A stretch of 64,000 bases of DNA, from assembly GCA_963765245.1 (NCBI GenBank), contig CAVXVP010000032.1, forward strand, positions 1,899 to 65,898. The letters are read 5' to 3'. The position numbers and the translations under genes are program-made. This document shows, one piece after another, positions 47,301 through 56,540 of this stretch; positions within the stretch are counted from its first letter, which is position 1, and every line of letters starts with the position of its first letter. This DNA comes from an uncultured Chloroflexia bacterium (GTDB taxonomy: Bacteria > Chloroflexota > Limnocylindria > Limnocylindrales > CSP1-4). Under the pieces are notes generated by a model. It was not told the origin of the DNA and searched no databases. It saw nothing but the letters and a program-made list of their open reading frames with translations.

Positions 47301-49837
47301 AGCAGGTCAGCAGGGACGGGGGCTGCTCCCGCGTCGCCGCCGGCCGCATCGATCAGGTCGAGCCCGAGCGTGGCGATCCGTCCGTCGCCGTAGCCGATGA
47401 CGAGCTGGTTGCCGGTCTCGTCGATCGCGAGGGCAGTGGCGCCTTCGGCCTGCACGGTCGAGACCAGGTCGCGGGTCACGAGGTCGTAGGTCCGGATCTC
47501 GGTCCCGGTGGCGATATGCAGTCGCTCGCCGGCGGCTCCGCCCGGAGCGGTCTCGTCCAGGCGGCGCGGCTCGACGGCGGCGGCCACGACCGGGACCCCG
47601 AGATCGCTCGTGGCATTCACCTTGTCGTTCCCGAACGCCACCAAGCCACCAGCCATCAGGTACTTCGCAACGTGCGGATGGGTCCATTCGTAGATGTCGT
47701 GCGAGATGCCGTAGCGCCAGGCCTGGAGGAACTCGGTGGCGGTCCGCGCGTGATAGACCTCGTCGAAGTGCATCTGGTATGGCTCCGCCAGCCGGAACGT
47801 GCGGAGCAGCATCGTCCCGAGGATCAGCAGCACGACCAGGAACAGGTCGAGACGGTCGAGCCGTCCGCCACCCTCGTGGCGGAGCGTGGCGCTGCGGTCC
47901 GGGCGGACCGGAAGCTCGTTGAAGCGCGACTTGAGCCAGCCACGGATGCCGACCTCGTCGAGCGTGGGGCGCGGCGTCCAGGACGCCATGGGCACGACAG
48001 CGGCCGCGCTGGAGGCGAGGGCGGGATTCACGGCGGGTGGAAGCGGTGTTGTTGCCGCGACCACGGTCGATGTGGCAGTTGCGGCGGCGGTCGGCCGGCC
48101 GACGACACCCACCGAACCCGCCGAACCCTCCGAACCCGCCGCTCCCGCCAGCGCGCCGACCATGACTCGCGCGCCCGGCCCGCCACGCTGGTCCACGAGA
48201 GGCTCTTCCTCCCCGTCGACCTCCCACTCCTCGGCGTCCGCCAGATCCCGTTCCGCGGCCAGCTCCTCGGTCAGCCGTGCCAGCGCGCTCGGCCGGATTT
48301 GCGCCAGCGCCCACAGGAAGATGGCGCCGTTGGCGACGGCGAGGAACGTCACGCCCCATTCGCCGCGGATCGTCGGCCCGATCCCCAGCCAATCGCTGAT
48401 CCCGGGGTTGTTGTAGAACGGGTTGGTCAGGGCCGCGTACATGTTGAGGAAGACCGTTACCGTCAGGGCGACGTAGGCGAGTCGCCACCGCCAGGCGATC
48501 GCGGCCAGGATGATCGCCAGCGCGAATGCCGGGTACGCATAGCGCTCGTGGACGCGCGTCGGGACCACGTAGAAGGCGATCGCCAGCACCGCCAGGCCGA
48601 CCAGGATCGTGAGCCGATCGGGGCGACGAGCGGCGATCAGCGAGACGACCAGGGTCACGGCCAGCATCAGCGCGCCACCGATGAGGACCGGCGGGATGCC
48701 CGCGATCGAGGCGACGCCTGACCCGCAGCCTTCGATGATCGTCCACGGTCCGTCACAGACCCACAGCCCTGAATTGGCGAGCGTGTAACCGGTGTCGCCG
48801 GCGACCAGGGCCCACGGGTTGAACGCGTTGACGGTCAGGTACGGGTAGCCCGAGGCGGTGGCGAAGATCTGCGTCAGGAGGCCAGACGAGAAGTACGGCG
48901 CGGTCGACTTGAACTCGAGGACCGACAGACCGAAGGGGTAGCACAGGAGGATCGTCGTCGCCAGGGCGATCAGGCCGGTCGTGAGGATGCGGATCGGATG
49001 GTCGGTGCGCCGCTCCCAGGCGCGCACGCGGGCGAGCCAGCCGTCATCCGGCGAACCCGCCCCCAGGTCGGCCGCGTCAGGGACGTCGTCCGTCTTCTCG
49101 ACCGGCCAGAGCGCCCGCCGGATCGTGACCAGCGCCAGGATCGGGATGAGGATCCCGAGCTGAGGCTTGATCAGCGCGGCTACCACGGCGTAGATGGCCG
49201 ATCGCTCCGGGTGGTCGCGCCACAGCTCGCGCAGCCCCAGCAGGAGGAAGACGACGCCGACCGAGTCGACCTGGCCCCAGACCACGCTGTCGAACCAGCT
49301 GATCGGGTTGACGACCGCGACGAACGCCGCGGCCAAGGCGACGTTTCGCCGGCCACCGAGCTCGAGGACCATCGACCAGACGAGCCAGCCGATGGCCAGG
49401 TCGGCGAGGATCGCGGGCACCTTGATAAGCGCGACACCGACCCCACCGAGGGCCTGTCCGACGAGCCCCAACACCCACAGCACGTACAGGTAGCCGGGCG
49501 TGTAGTCGTGGAAGAAGTCGCGCTGGTAGAAGCCGTTCAGACCCTGGCTGGCGAGGTTCGCCGCCCAGGCGCGGAAGGCGCCGAGATCCACCCCGAAACC
49601 AGATCCGGGAAGGAGGTATGCGATGATGAGTCGGAGGGCAAGACCGAGCGCGAGGACCACGAGGACCGCGCCGACGGCTCCCTGCGTCCCGGTCACCCGC
49701 GACGGCGCTCGTGTGCCTCGCTCGGTCCCGCGGGCCGCGGGGCCAGTCACCGGGAACGGCTCCTGCACGAGCGTGGAAGGTGGACCGGAGCGTAGCACAG
49801 GGTCGCCGGGCGGACCCCGGGGCACTCCCCAGGACAA
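44186..49837 (-). CDS. 1883-aa polytopic membrane protein: N-terminal GT-C glycosyltransferase module fused to a PMT/GT39-like module carrying a ~400-aa soluble insertion
   Basis: A single uninterrupted ORF. Module 1: FGVDLGAFRAWAANLASQGLNGFYQRDFFHDYTPGYLYVLW...IKVPAILADLAIGWLVW. An Ala/Ser/Thr/Pro linker follows. Module 2: HFDEVYHARTATEFL...YEWTHPHVAKYL, then a soluble insertion, then WRLPGVIAGALTAALIYLLTRILF...FFVQSRIGMNDVY, ...SPWWAWPMNLKPVWFYQEG...IWWLGIPALAFV...AAQWIPWARIDRAAFQYHYYTALPF. The true start is probably downstream of 49837. Confidence 0.75.
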   Translation of the reverse strand: MSWGVPRGPPGDPVLRSGPPSTLVQEPFPVTGPAARGTERGTRAPSRVTGTQGAVGAVLVVLALGLALRLIIAYLLPGSGFGVDLGAFRAWAANLASQGLNGFYQRDFFHDYTPGYLYVLWVLGLVGQALGGVGVALIKVPAILADLAIGWLVWSMVLELGGRRNVALAAAFVAVVNPISWFDSVVWGQVDSVGVVFLLLGLRELWRDHPERSAIYAVVAALIKPQLGILIPILALVTIRRALWPVEKTDDVPDAADLGAGSPDDGWLARVRAWERRTDHPIRILTTGLIALATTILLCYPFGLSVLEFKSTAPYFSSGLLTQIFATASGYPYLTVNAFNPWALVAGDTGYTLANSGLWVCDGPWTIIEGCGSGVASIAGIPPVLIGGALMLAVTLVVSLIAARRPDRLTILVGLAVLAIAFYVVPTRVHERYAYPAFALAIILAAIAWRWRLAYVALTVTVFLNMYAALTNPFYNNPGISDWLGIGPTIRGEWGVTFLAVANGAIFLWALAQIRPSALARLTEELAAERDLADAEEWEVDGEEEPLVDQRGGPGARVMVGALAGAAGSEGSAGSVGVVGRPTAAATATSTVVAATTPLPPAVNPALASSAAAVVPMASWTPRPTLDEVGIRGWLKSRFNELPVRPDRSATLRHEGGGRLDRLDLFLVVLLILGTMLLRTFRLAEPYQMHFDEVYHARTATEFLQAWRYGISHDIYEWTHPHVAKYLMAGGLVAFGNDKVNATSDLGVPVVAAAVEPRRLDETAPGGAAGERLHIATGTEIRTYDLVTRDLVSTVQAEGATALAIDETGNQLVIGYGDGRIATLGLDLIDAAGGDAGAAPVPADLLTVDHPVDHLLVMTDGTTLAAASSDQLTTISLDGATVLGTIDLPGIADLAPGGTGPALTAVVDTGTDVAALAKSVARILGTDASDYEARMTGVAPGTTVVLGQAGSGKARTDLDAAIADGTLTGVAVDTLPRIAVAADVGVEFIVPDGAARLSTIALDGGAHGLAMVTGLDIPKLFATSGGAEKPSYDVIAVGGDPAKNGPTDQGAQWGLGLQPLPAPGTWIAYDAASQMVHILGLAPGVTSAAGPWTVYVVEPHGNAVFADARLPDGFTASAWGSDFNPDYPASDRQQIMVFDKAGTMASIDAGSHAFAWRLPGVIAGALTAALIYLLTRILFRRRLVAALVGLFVIADGMFFVQSRIGMNDVYVGLFIVAAYTVFAAVWTGWWKGRAAFWLAMPMMGVLLGLALASKWVAAYAIGALLLLLLVRSALGRVLAILGLIGITGVLGYIAISVPAATPGGDPGFGNLTFLFIMVALTLLAVVVAVLHPIAWTDEEMRFAVIAPAALGGLVFFGALATGRLSSVVALGSLSATPLLLAIALGFGSLVVFGLFWLGGRYGFGPLAGPPDPDDPILLLDPPGTPPDGWLRLGWALGIPVVWALVCLIALPVGVYILTYIPWAMVENHQLVPGWPPGHTGQTLLDLTGQMYGYHNGLTAAHPASSPWWAWPMNLKPVWFYQEGLAAGTSAALYDAGSLVIWWLGIPALAFVSWMAFRRRSLALTLIAVGFAAQWIPWARIDRAAFQYHYYTALPFVVMSLAYFFAELWHGASRHTWALARVAAAVAIVAPAAMWLLDRPLCAVVGVERVNPGSQACPAVIPEFVLTVRTLALAIVIGIGLFFIIRRFLAFESTDGREVGRDQMAAAYRSLFWTGLGVAVALAVVSLLPDTAILTLTNVPVEPIALVVGIPLGYLALQVMASRDARRFVVGFGVAVVAWFVILYPNISALPLPAAVVAAYQGILPTYLYAFQFPVSTVTRNVNTPLFTPTLAVLVVALTVTCLVVAYSTWAWRLTMAERLAAPGAPGASGSSGDTESLARTDGA

Positions 49838-49881
49838 ACGGACAACCCGATGGACGACCCGGCCCCCGGATCTCGCGCGGG

Positions 49882-51274
49882 GTGACGATCGCCGTCGGGC
49901 TCCTGCTCGCCCTCGTGGCCATGGCGGTCTACAGCGTCACCTACGTCGATCGTTACTACGACCACTTTGTCTGGCAGGCCGCGGCCTTCCTCGAGGGTCA
50001 CGCCGCTATCCGCTACCCGGTCGAGGCGGCCGGCGGGCTGCTGGGGAATGCGCGCTTCCAGGACGTCCTGCCGATCGCCACCACCGACGGTGTCGCCAGG
50101 GCACTCCTGCCGTTTCCTCCGCTCCCGGCGCTCGTGCTGCTGCCGTTCGTCGCCATCTGGGGCCTCGCGGTCAACGACCAGGCCATCTTCATCGTCCTCG
50201 CCGGGGTCGACGTGGCACTCTGCTGGTGGGCGATCGGGCGGTTGCCGGTCAGCGTCGTCGTCCGCCTCGCGACGACGATCTTCTTCGCCTTCGGGACGGT
50301 CTTCTGGTTCACGGCCCAGACCACGACCACCTGGTACCAGGCGCACATCGTCGCGGTCGGGCTGACCTTCTTGTCGATCGGCATCGTGCTCGGGGCCGAT
50401 CCCGATGCGGCCGAGGATGAAGCGGATGGCCCCGACGACGATCCCCTGGACGAAGCGCCCGTCGCCAATGAGGGCGCCCGGTTCCGCCTCGAGCCGCGTC
50501 AATGGCTTGCGGGCCTGCTGTTCGGCCTCGCGGCCACGGCGCGCCTGACGGTCGCCTTCGGGGCTCCGTTCTACGCCTTCGTCGGACCCGGCGATGTGCG
50601 CAGGCGCGTCCTCTCGGCCGGTCTCGGTGCGGCGATCCCGATCGGGATCCTGGTGCTCTACAACGTCGTGACGACCGGGCAGGTCCTTCCACCCGGCGTA
50701 CGACCACCTCTACCGGCTCGAGAGCGTCGGCTACCCGACCCTCGGCTATCACCCCGACTGGGCCGCCGAGGACCCACGGTACGTGCCACAGAACCTCGGG
50801 ATCGCCCTGTTCGGGACGCCGGTCATCGCCCCGTCGGTGCTGCCCGAGAGCACCTCCCCCAGCCCGACCCCGGTCTGCGTCGACCCGACCAAGGGACGCG
50901 GCCTGTTCTCTCTCGCGTGCCCCCTGGCGGTCCCGCGCGACACCGGCATGAGCGTCATCCTGACGAGCCCGGCGTACCTCCTGGCGATCCCCGTCCTGCG
51001 TCGCTACGGGCGCAGCCGGCTCGTGACCGGGGCAGTCCTGGCGGTCGGCTTCATCGCCTTCGTCAACCTCATGCACTTCTCGCAGGGCTGGGTCCAGTTC
51101 GGATACCGCTTCAGCAACGACGCCGCGCCGTTCGCCCTCATCCTCGTCGCACTCGGGTTCGAACGGCTGTCGACCCGCTACCGCTGGGGCATGCTCGGGG
51201 CGATGAGCCTCGTCGTCGTGTCGCTTGCCATCAACCTGTGGGGCGTCATGTGGAGTCGGTTGCTCGGATGGTGA
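49882..51274 (+). CDS. GT-C family membrane glycosyltransferase (ArnT/PMT_2-like) (one frame break near 50685)
   Basis: GTG 49882 is tentative; an out-of-frame ATG lies at 49851. YYDHFVWQAAAFLEGHAAIRYPV...ARFQDVLPI...ALLPFPPLPALVLLPFVAIWG...TIFFAFGTVFWF, then FHPAYDHLYRLESVGYPTLGYHPDWAAEDPRYVPQNLGIALFG...GWVQFGYRFSNDAAPFALILVALG in the next frame. Confidence 0.6.
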
Positions 51275-52851
51275 GACGACAGCGCCTGGCCGCCTCGCTG
51301 CTGGTCGGGCTGATCGCCCTCGTGGCCGCCTCGTTCACCCTGCTGCCCGGTGTCGCGTTCTGGGACACCGGCGAGCTGCAATCCGTCGCGCCGCTGATGG
51401 GCACGGCCCACCCCACCGGGTTCCCGACCTACGTGCTGATCGGCTGGCTGGCGTCGGTCGTCCTCCAACCGCTGGGCCAACCGGCGTTCGTGATGAACTT
51501 CTTCTCGGCCATCTGCGTCGCCGTGGCGGCGGCGGTCACGGTCGACCTGGTCCGCCGCCTGACCGGTCGGCTGGTCCTCGGCATCGCCGCTGGCATCGGC
51601 CTCGCGCTGATGCCGACCGCCTGGGCGATGGCCACCCACGCCGAGACGCACACGCTCCACCTCGCCTTCGTGGCGATCCTCCTGTGGCTGCTCGTCGCTT
51701 GGGACGAGCGCGTGCGCGAGCGGGACGACGACGACCACGGCGACCGTTTCCTCATCGCCGCCGCCGCGATCTTCGGGCTCGCCCTCGGCAACCACTCGCT
51801 GACGACCCTGCTGGTCGTCCCGGTCGCGCTCTACGTCATCGCGGTCGACCCGACGATCTGGCGCCGTCCCCGGCTGGTCCTCTCGTGTGTCGGAGTGCTG
51901 GCGCTCACGGTCCTCCTCGTCTACCTCGAGCTGCCTCTTCGCGCCGGGCCGTTGCGTGCCCCGCTCGTCTACGGCACGCCCGAGACCTGGGAGGGGTTCA
52001 AGTACATCGTCCTGGCCGAACAGTTCCGGGACAGCGTGATCGACCCGTTCGGCGATCTGCCGCGCAAGTTCGGCGACCTGGTGACGCGGACCTCGACCCA
52101 GTTCGGGATCCTCGCTCCGCTCATCCCGATCGCGTTCATCGCGACCGCGGTGCGGCGGCCGCGCTACGCGCTCCTGACCGGCACGGCCGTGGCGATCACC
52201 TGCTTCTTCGCATCGTCGTACGTCAATGCCGACATCAGCCGCTACTACCTCGGGCCGGCACTGATGGCCTGGACGTGGCTGGCGATCCTGGCTGCGGCCG
52301 TCGTCGACCTCCTGGCGGGACTGGCCGGCGAGGACGTCGAGATGAGCGCCACCGACGACACCGACGCGCCCTTCGCCTGGACCCCCGCCGTCATGATCGC
52401 GGCGATCCTCGCCGTCGCGCTCGTCGTCCCGACGCTGCTCGACGTTCCGGGGCGCTACCGCTCGGTCGACGCCAGCCGCCAGCTCGAGGCCGCGACCTGG
52501 ACGGACCACGCCCTCGAGGCGATGGAGCCGAATGCCGCGATCGTCAGCTGGTGGAGCTTCTCGACCCCGCTGTGGTACGCCCAGAAGGTCCAGGGCCGCC
52601 GTCCGGACATCGAGATCATCGACGACCGGACCCGCCTCGACCAGAACCTCGGTTCGCTGTCCGACGTCATCGATGCCAACCTCGGGAAGCGCCCGGTCTA
52701 CGTCATCCGGGTCGACCCGAACGAGGTCCGCATGCTGGCCGGTCGCTACGACCTCGACTATATCGATGGTGGTAACGCGCAGTCGCTGACACGGGTGATC
52801 GGGCTCAAGGGCGCGTCGGCCCCGGCGGTCTCCTCGGCCTTGGCGGACTAG
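51268..52851 (+). CDS. DUF2723-family (TMEM260-like) membrane glycosyltransferase
   Basis: Intact 527-aa ORF. ATG 51268 overlaps the upstream stop. LPGVAFWDTGELQSVAPLMGTAHPTGFPTYVLIGWL...MNFFSAICVAVAA...GLALGNHSLT...PLVYGTPETWEGFKYIVLAEQF, plus a soluble C-terminal domain. Confidence 0.7.
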   Translation: MVRRQRLAASLLVGLIALVAASFTLLPGVAFWDTGELQSVAPLMGTAHPTGFPTYVLIGWLASVVLQPLGQPAFVMNFFSAICVAVAAAVTVDLVRRLTGRLVLGIAAGIGLALMPTAWAMATHAETHTLHLAFVAILLWLLVAWDERVRERDDDDHGDRFLIAAAAIFGLALGNHSLTTLLVVPVALYVIAVDPTIWRRPRLVLSCVGVLALTVLLVYLELPLRAGPLRAPLVYGTPETWEGFKYIVLAEQFRDSVIDPFGDLPRKFGDLVTRTSTQFGILAPLIPIAFIATAVRRPRYALLTGTAVAITCFFASSYVNADISRYYLGPALMAWTWLAILAAAVVDLLAGLAGEDVEMSATDDTDAPFAWTPAVMIAAILAVALVVPTLLDVPGRYRSVDASRQLEAATWTDHALEAMEPNAAIVSWWSFSTPLWYAQKVQGRRPDIEIIDDRTRLDQNLGSLSDVIDANLGKRPVYVIRVDPNEVRMLAGRYDLDYIDGGNAQSLTRVIGLKGASAPAVSSALAD

Positions 52852-53402
52852 CTCGAGCGGCTTTCGCCTTCGGCGTCGACGTCGAGCGAGTTCACGAAGT
52901 CGCGGAACACGTCCAGGCGCGGGTCCACCACCTGTTCGCCGGTCTGCTCGAGCGTCGAGCCCTCCTCCCCTTCCTCGTCGACGATGCCCGCATCGCCACC
53001 GAGCGCGGCCTGCTCGAGGACCGCGTCGGCGGCGAAGATCGGCACCTCCGAGCGAACCGCCAGAGCCAGCGCGTCCGACGGGCGGGCGTCCACTTCCACC
53101 GTCCGTCCGTCGCGCTGGAGGAGGATGCGAGCGTGGAACGTCTCGTCGGCAAGCTCGCTGATGACGACCCGATCGATGCGGGCGCCGAGCTCCTCGAGCG
53201 TCGTCGCGAACAGGTCGTGGGTCAGCGGTCGTTCCGGGGTCAGTCCCTGGAGCTTCATCGCGATCGCGCTCGCCTCCCACGGCCCGATCCAGATGGGCAG
53301 GTAGCGGTCGCGAGCCTTCTCCTTGAGGATGACCACGTGGCGGCTGGAGAGCATGTGGACCCGGACGCTCTCGACGACCATCTCGACCAGCCCGTCGTCC
53401 AT
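52848..53402 (-). CDS. bifunctional nuclease family protein (DUF151/BFN)
   Basis: ATG 53402, 184 aa, intact. LVEMVVESVRVHMLSSRHVVILKEKARDRYLPIWIGPWEASAIAMKLQGLTPERPLTHDLF...VVISELADETFHARILL...VDARPSDALALAVR, with an acidic tail. Confidence 0.8.
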   Translation of the reverse strand: MDDGLVEMVVESVRVHMLSSRHVVILKEKARDRYLPIWIGPWEASAIAMKLQGLTPERPLTHDLFATTLEELGARIDRVVISELADETFHARILLQRDGRTVEVDARPSDALALAVRSEVPIFAADAVLEQAALGGDAGIVDEEGEEGSTLEQTGEQVVDPRLDVFRDFVNSLDVDAEGESRSS

Positions 53403-53409
53403 CGCCGGA

Positions 53410-54132
53410 TTATCCCACGGCCCGCGGGTCCGCCGACCGGCCCATCCGTCCGCCGATGGTGATCGCGACCTTGGCCAGCAGAGCCCCGACCACGAACCCG
53501 CCGATGTGGGCGAAGAACGCGACGCCGCCACCGGTCTGGACCATGCCCAGCGACGTCAGACCATCGAGCAGCTGGAGCACGAACCAGAAGCCGAGCACGA
53601 TGATCGCCGGGACATCGATCAGCTGGTAGAAGAAGCCGAGGAAGACCAGCGACGTCACCCGGGCTCGCGGGAAGAGCACGAAATAGGCCCCGAGCGTCGC
53701 CGCGATCGCTCCGGACGCGCCGATCGTCGGGACCGTCGACGTCGGGTCGATGGCGACCTGCGAGAGGCCAGCAAGCGCCCCGCCGAGCAGGTAGAAGCCG
53801 AGGAACCCGAGCCGGCCGAAGCGATCCTCGACGTTGTTGCCGAAGATCCACAGGTAGAGCATGTTGAACAGGATGTGCGCCCAGCCACCGTGCAGGAACT
53901 GGCTGGTCACGAGCGTCGCGGTCTGCTGCGACAGGTAGTCGCCGCGCGCCCACGCCGCGGTCAGGTCGGCCGGGACGACTCCCCACTCGGTGATGAACGC
54001 GTCGAGCGCGCTCTGGCCGCCGCTGGCCGACAACCCCAGCTCCCAGGCGAACACCACGAAGCAGGCGATGATGATGCCGAGCGTGACCACCGGGGTCCGC
54101 CGGGTCGGATTGGCGTCCCGCAGCGGGATCAT
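53410..54132 (-). CDS. rhomboid-family intramembrane serine protease
   Basis: ATG 54132, 240 aa, intact. SQFLHGGWAHILFNMLYLWIFGNNVEDRFG...GASGAIAATLGAY...FFAHIGGFVVGALL (Ser and His motifs in TM segments). Confidence 0.85.
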   Translation of the reverse strand: MIPLRDANPTRRTPVVTLGIIIACFVVFAWELGLSASGGQSALDAFITEWGVVPADLTAAWARGDYLSQQTATLVTSQFLHGGWAHILFNMLYLWIFGNNVEDRFGRLGFLGFYLLGGALAGLSQVAIDPTSTVPTIGASGAIAATLGAYFVLFPRARVTSLVFLGFFYQLIDVPAIIVLGFWFVLQLLDGLTSLGMVQTGGGVAFFAHIGGFVVGALLAKVAITIGGRMGRSADPRAVG

Positions 54133-54151
54133 GGGTCCCCTCGGGTCGGGG

Positions 54152-56408
54152 CTACTTGCTCGGCGCCGGTGTCGCGGTGACCTCGCCGGAGGCGCCCGCT
54201 GACGGACTGGGGACGACCACCGGCCCGACATCGGGCACTGCCACGAGGATCGCCTGGTGCACGCCGTCGCGCGACATCCAGACCAGCGTGGAGGGCTCCG
54301 GGTCGACGCCGGGGATGATGTACATCGCGCGCATGTCGTCCCAGTCCGGGGCGTTGCCGGCGAGGCGGTATTGGGCGATGTACTTGCCGTCCACCTTGGT
54401 CAGCGCGATGACCCGCCGGTTCGGCTTGTCGAGGGCGAAGATCTGGCCTTCCCGCCGAGCCGGACCCGCCGCGATGATCGAGTAGGCCGGCGCGGAACGG
54501 AGCAGGCTGTCCTTCGGCGCCTTGGCCGTCCAGCCCTCGTTCTTGCCACCGACGAAGCGGACCAGCGCGCCGGCGTCGGCCGCGAACAGGTCGCCGTCCA
54601 CGAACGTCGAGGTCATCGCCGAGACGTCACGCGCGGTCGCCAGCCAGCTGCGTCGCCTTGGCCGGGAAGCCGCTGCCGTCGGCGGCCGGCGAGTAGGCCC
54701 GGATCTGCTGCTCGGACGGATCGACGATGTACAGGTTGTAGAGGCCGCGCGTCCCGGGCCGCAGGAAGGTGTTGATGCCCATGATGTCGTCGCCGAGCGA
54801 GGCGGACCCAAGGAGCGTGACCTTGGTCAGCGTGCCCTTGCCGGCATCGTTGGACGGACGCCAGCGCCACAGGACGTTCTTGGAATCGAGGATGAGCAGG
54901 TCCTGGCCGCCGACGCCCAGGTAGCGCGGATTGGCGACCGTCCCGCTCTTGTTCTTCGTGCCCTGCTTCACCACGAGCGTGGCTTCCTTGTTCTTGAGGC
55001 CGATCCGGTAGACGGCCTTGGTGGCGCGGTCGATGACGTACGGATTGCCGTCGGGGCCCTGGACCATCGCGCCCAGGTCGAACGGCGCGGCGCCTTCGGC
55101 CGGCTTGAACGTGTACAGGTTGGTGGAGGCGACCGGCACCACGCCGTACAGGCGGTCAAGGCCGGCATCGACCTGCCTCTGCAGCGGCGCGACAACGGCG
55201 GTGCTGACATTGGCCTTTGCCGCGAGGTCGAGCTGGTCGTGGGCGTCGGTCAGCAGCTCGAGCGCCTTGTCGGGCTCGTCGGTCACCAGGTCGATCCCGG
55301 ATCCGCTGACCTTGGCCAGGTCGGCCCGCGCCTGGTCGAGGGCCTTCTGGCCGGCGTTGATCGACGAGATCGCTCCCTGCGTCGAGTTGCCCCCGAAGGC
55401 GTAGACGCCAAGCCCCAGCCCGCCGACCACCACGACAAGGGCAAGGACAGCGACCGCCGCCCGACGCTGGGTCTCGCGTCGGGACGACAGCGGCGTCACC
55501 CGGCGCAAGGCCTGCTTGCGCCGTGGCATCAGGTCCTGGACCCGGGCGAACCCTCGCTCGATGGCGCTGCCGGCCGCGGTCTTGGCGTTCCCTGCCGCAG
55601 CACTGACGGCCACCCCGGCTGCCTGGACGTTGTCCGCGAGAGGGATCGGTGAGCGGTCGGGCGCACCGGCCAGCGGCTCGGCCGGTCGGACCGGCACGAG
55701 CGTGCGTGCCCGGCTCGTCGACGAGACCTCGGTCGCCTCGAAGGCGATCGCGCCGTCGCTGCCTGAACCGTCGGCCGCCACGAACCGGTGGTGGAGGTGC
55801 TCCATGGCGGACTGGGGGTGGAGCGTCAGCATCGCGTCCTTGAGCTCGTCCGCCCCGAGCTTGGCGATGACGTTGGGCGAGACGAGGATGAGCGAGTCGC
55901 CGACCGAGATCTCGCCACGCCAGACGTCCGGCTCCAGATCACCCGAGGGCAGCCCGCGTTCGCGGTGCGGGTCCGGCAGCGTCGAGAGCCGGGCCTGGCG
56001 GATCAGGTAAGCCTCGGCCGGCCCGACCGTCGCGACGTACATCTCGCTGCCGCGGACGACGGCCACGCCGATCCCGATCGGGCCGTTCCCGTCGGTCGAC
56101 TTCAGGTTGAGCCGGTCGGCCTGGTGCGCCAGCCGCTTGTTGGCCGTCGCGATCGCCTTCTGAAGGCAGACCCGGATCCCAGCCGACTCGTCGTAGTAGT
56201 ACTCGTTGCGGATCGTCTCGGCCGCCAGGCGGGTCGCCTCGAGCGCGTGGCGCGACGAGATCCGCGAGGTCACCAGCAGGTAGAGGTGACCCTTGGACCG
56301 CGCGACGGAACCGACGCTCGGTTCGACGACGACGAGCGTGTCGGGCGAGTCGGCGAGTCGATCATGCTCGGCGACGACGCCGAGCTTCATGTGGAGTCGT
56401 ACGGCCAT
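54152..56408 (-). CDS. membrane protein with an N-terminal PP2C-like domain, one TM segment and a large extracytoplasmic domain (one frame break near 54648)
   Basis: ATG start at 56408. GHLYLLVTSR...AAETIRNEYYYDES...IGIGVAVVRGSEMYVATVGPAEAYLIR...VGDSLILVSPNV...SDGAIAFEA. Then TM AAVAVLALVVVVGGLGLGVYAF, then ~430 aa including YVIDRATKAVYRI and LLILDSKNVLWRW. The C-terminal 160 aa (...FALDKPNRRVIALTKVDGKYIAQY...) lie in another frame. Confidence 0.6.
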
Positions 56409-56540
56409 CCGGGCCTCTTCGTGTTCGGGCAGGCCCCACGATCTCGGGGGTCGTGGGTGACGGGCGGACGAGGTCTGATCGGGCTTGGCGTGGCTTCGGC
56501 CGCGGTCGGCGCCTCTGAGGTGGCTGGCAGGTGAGCGGGA

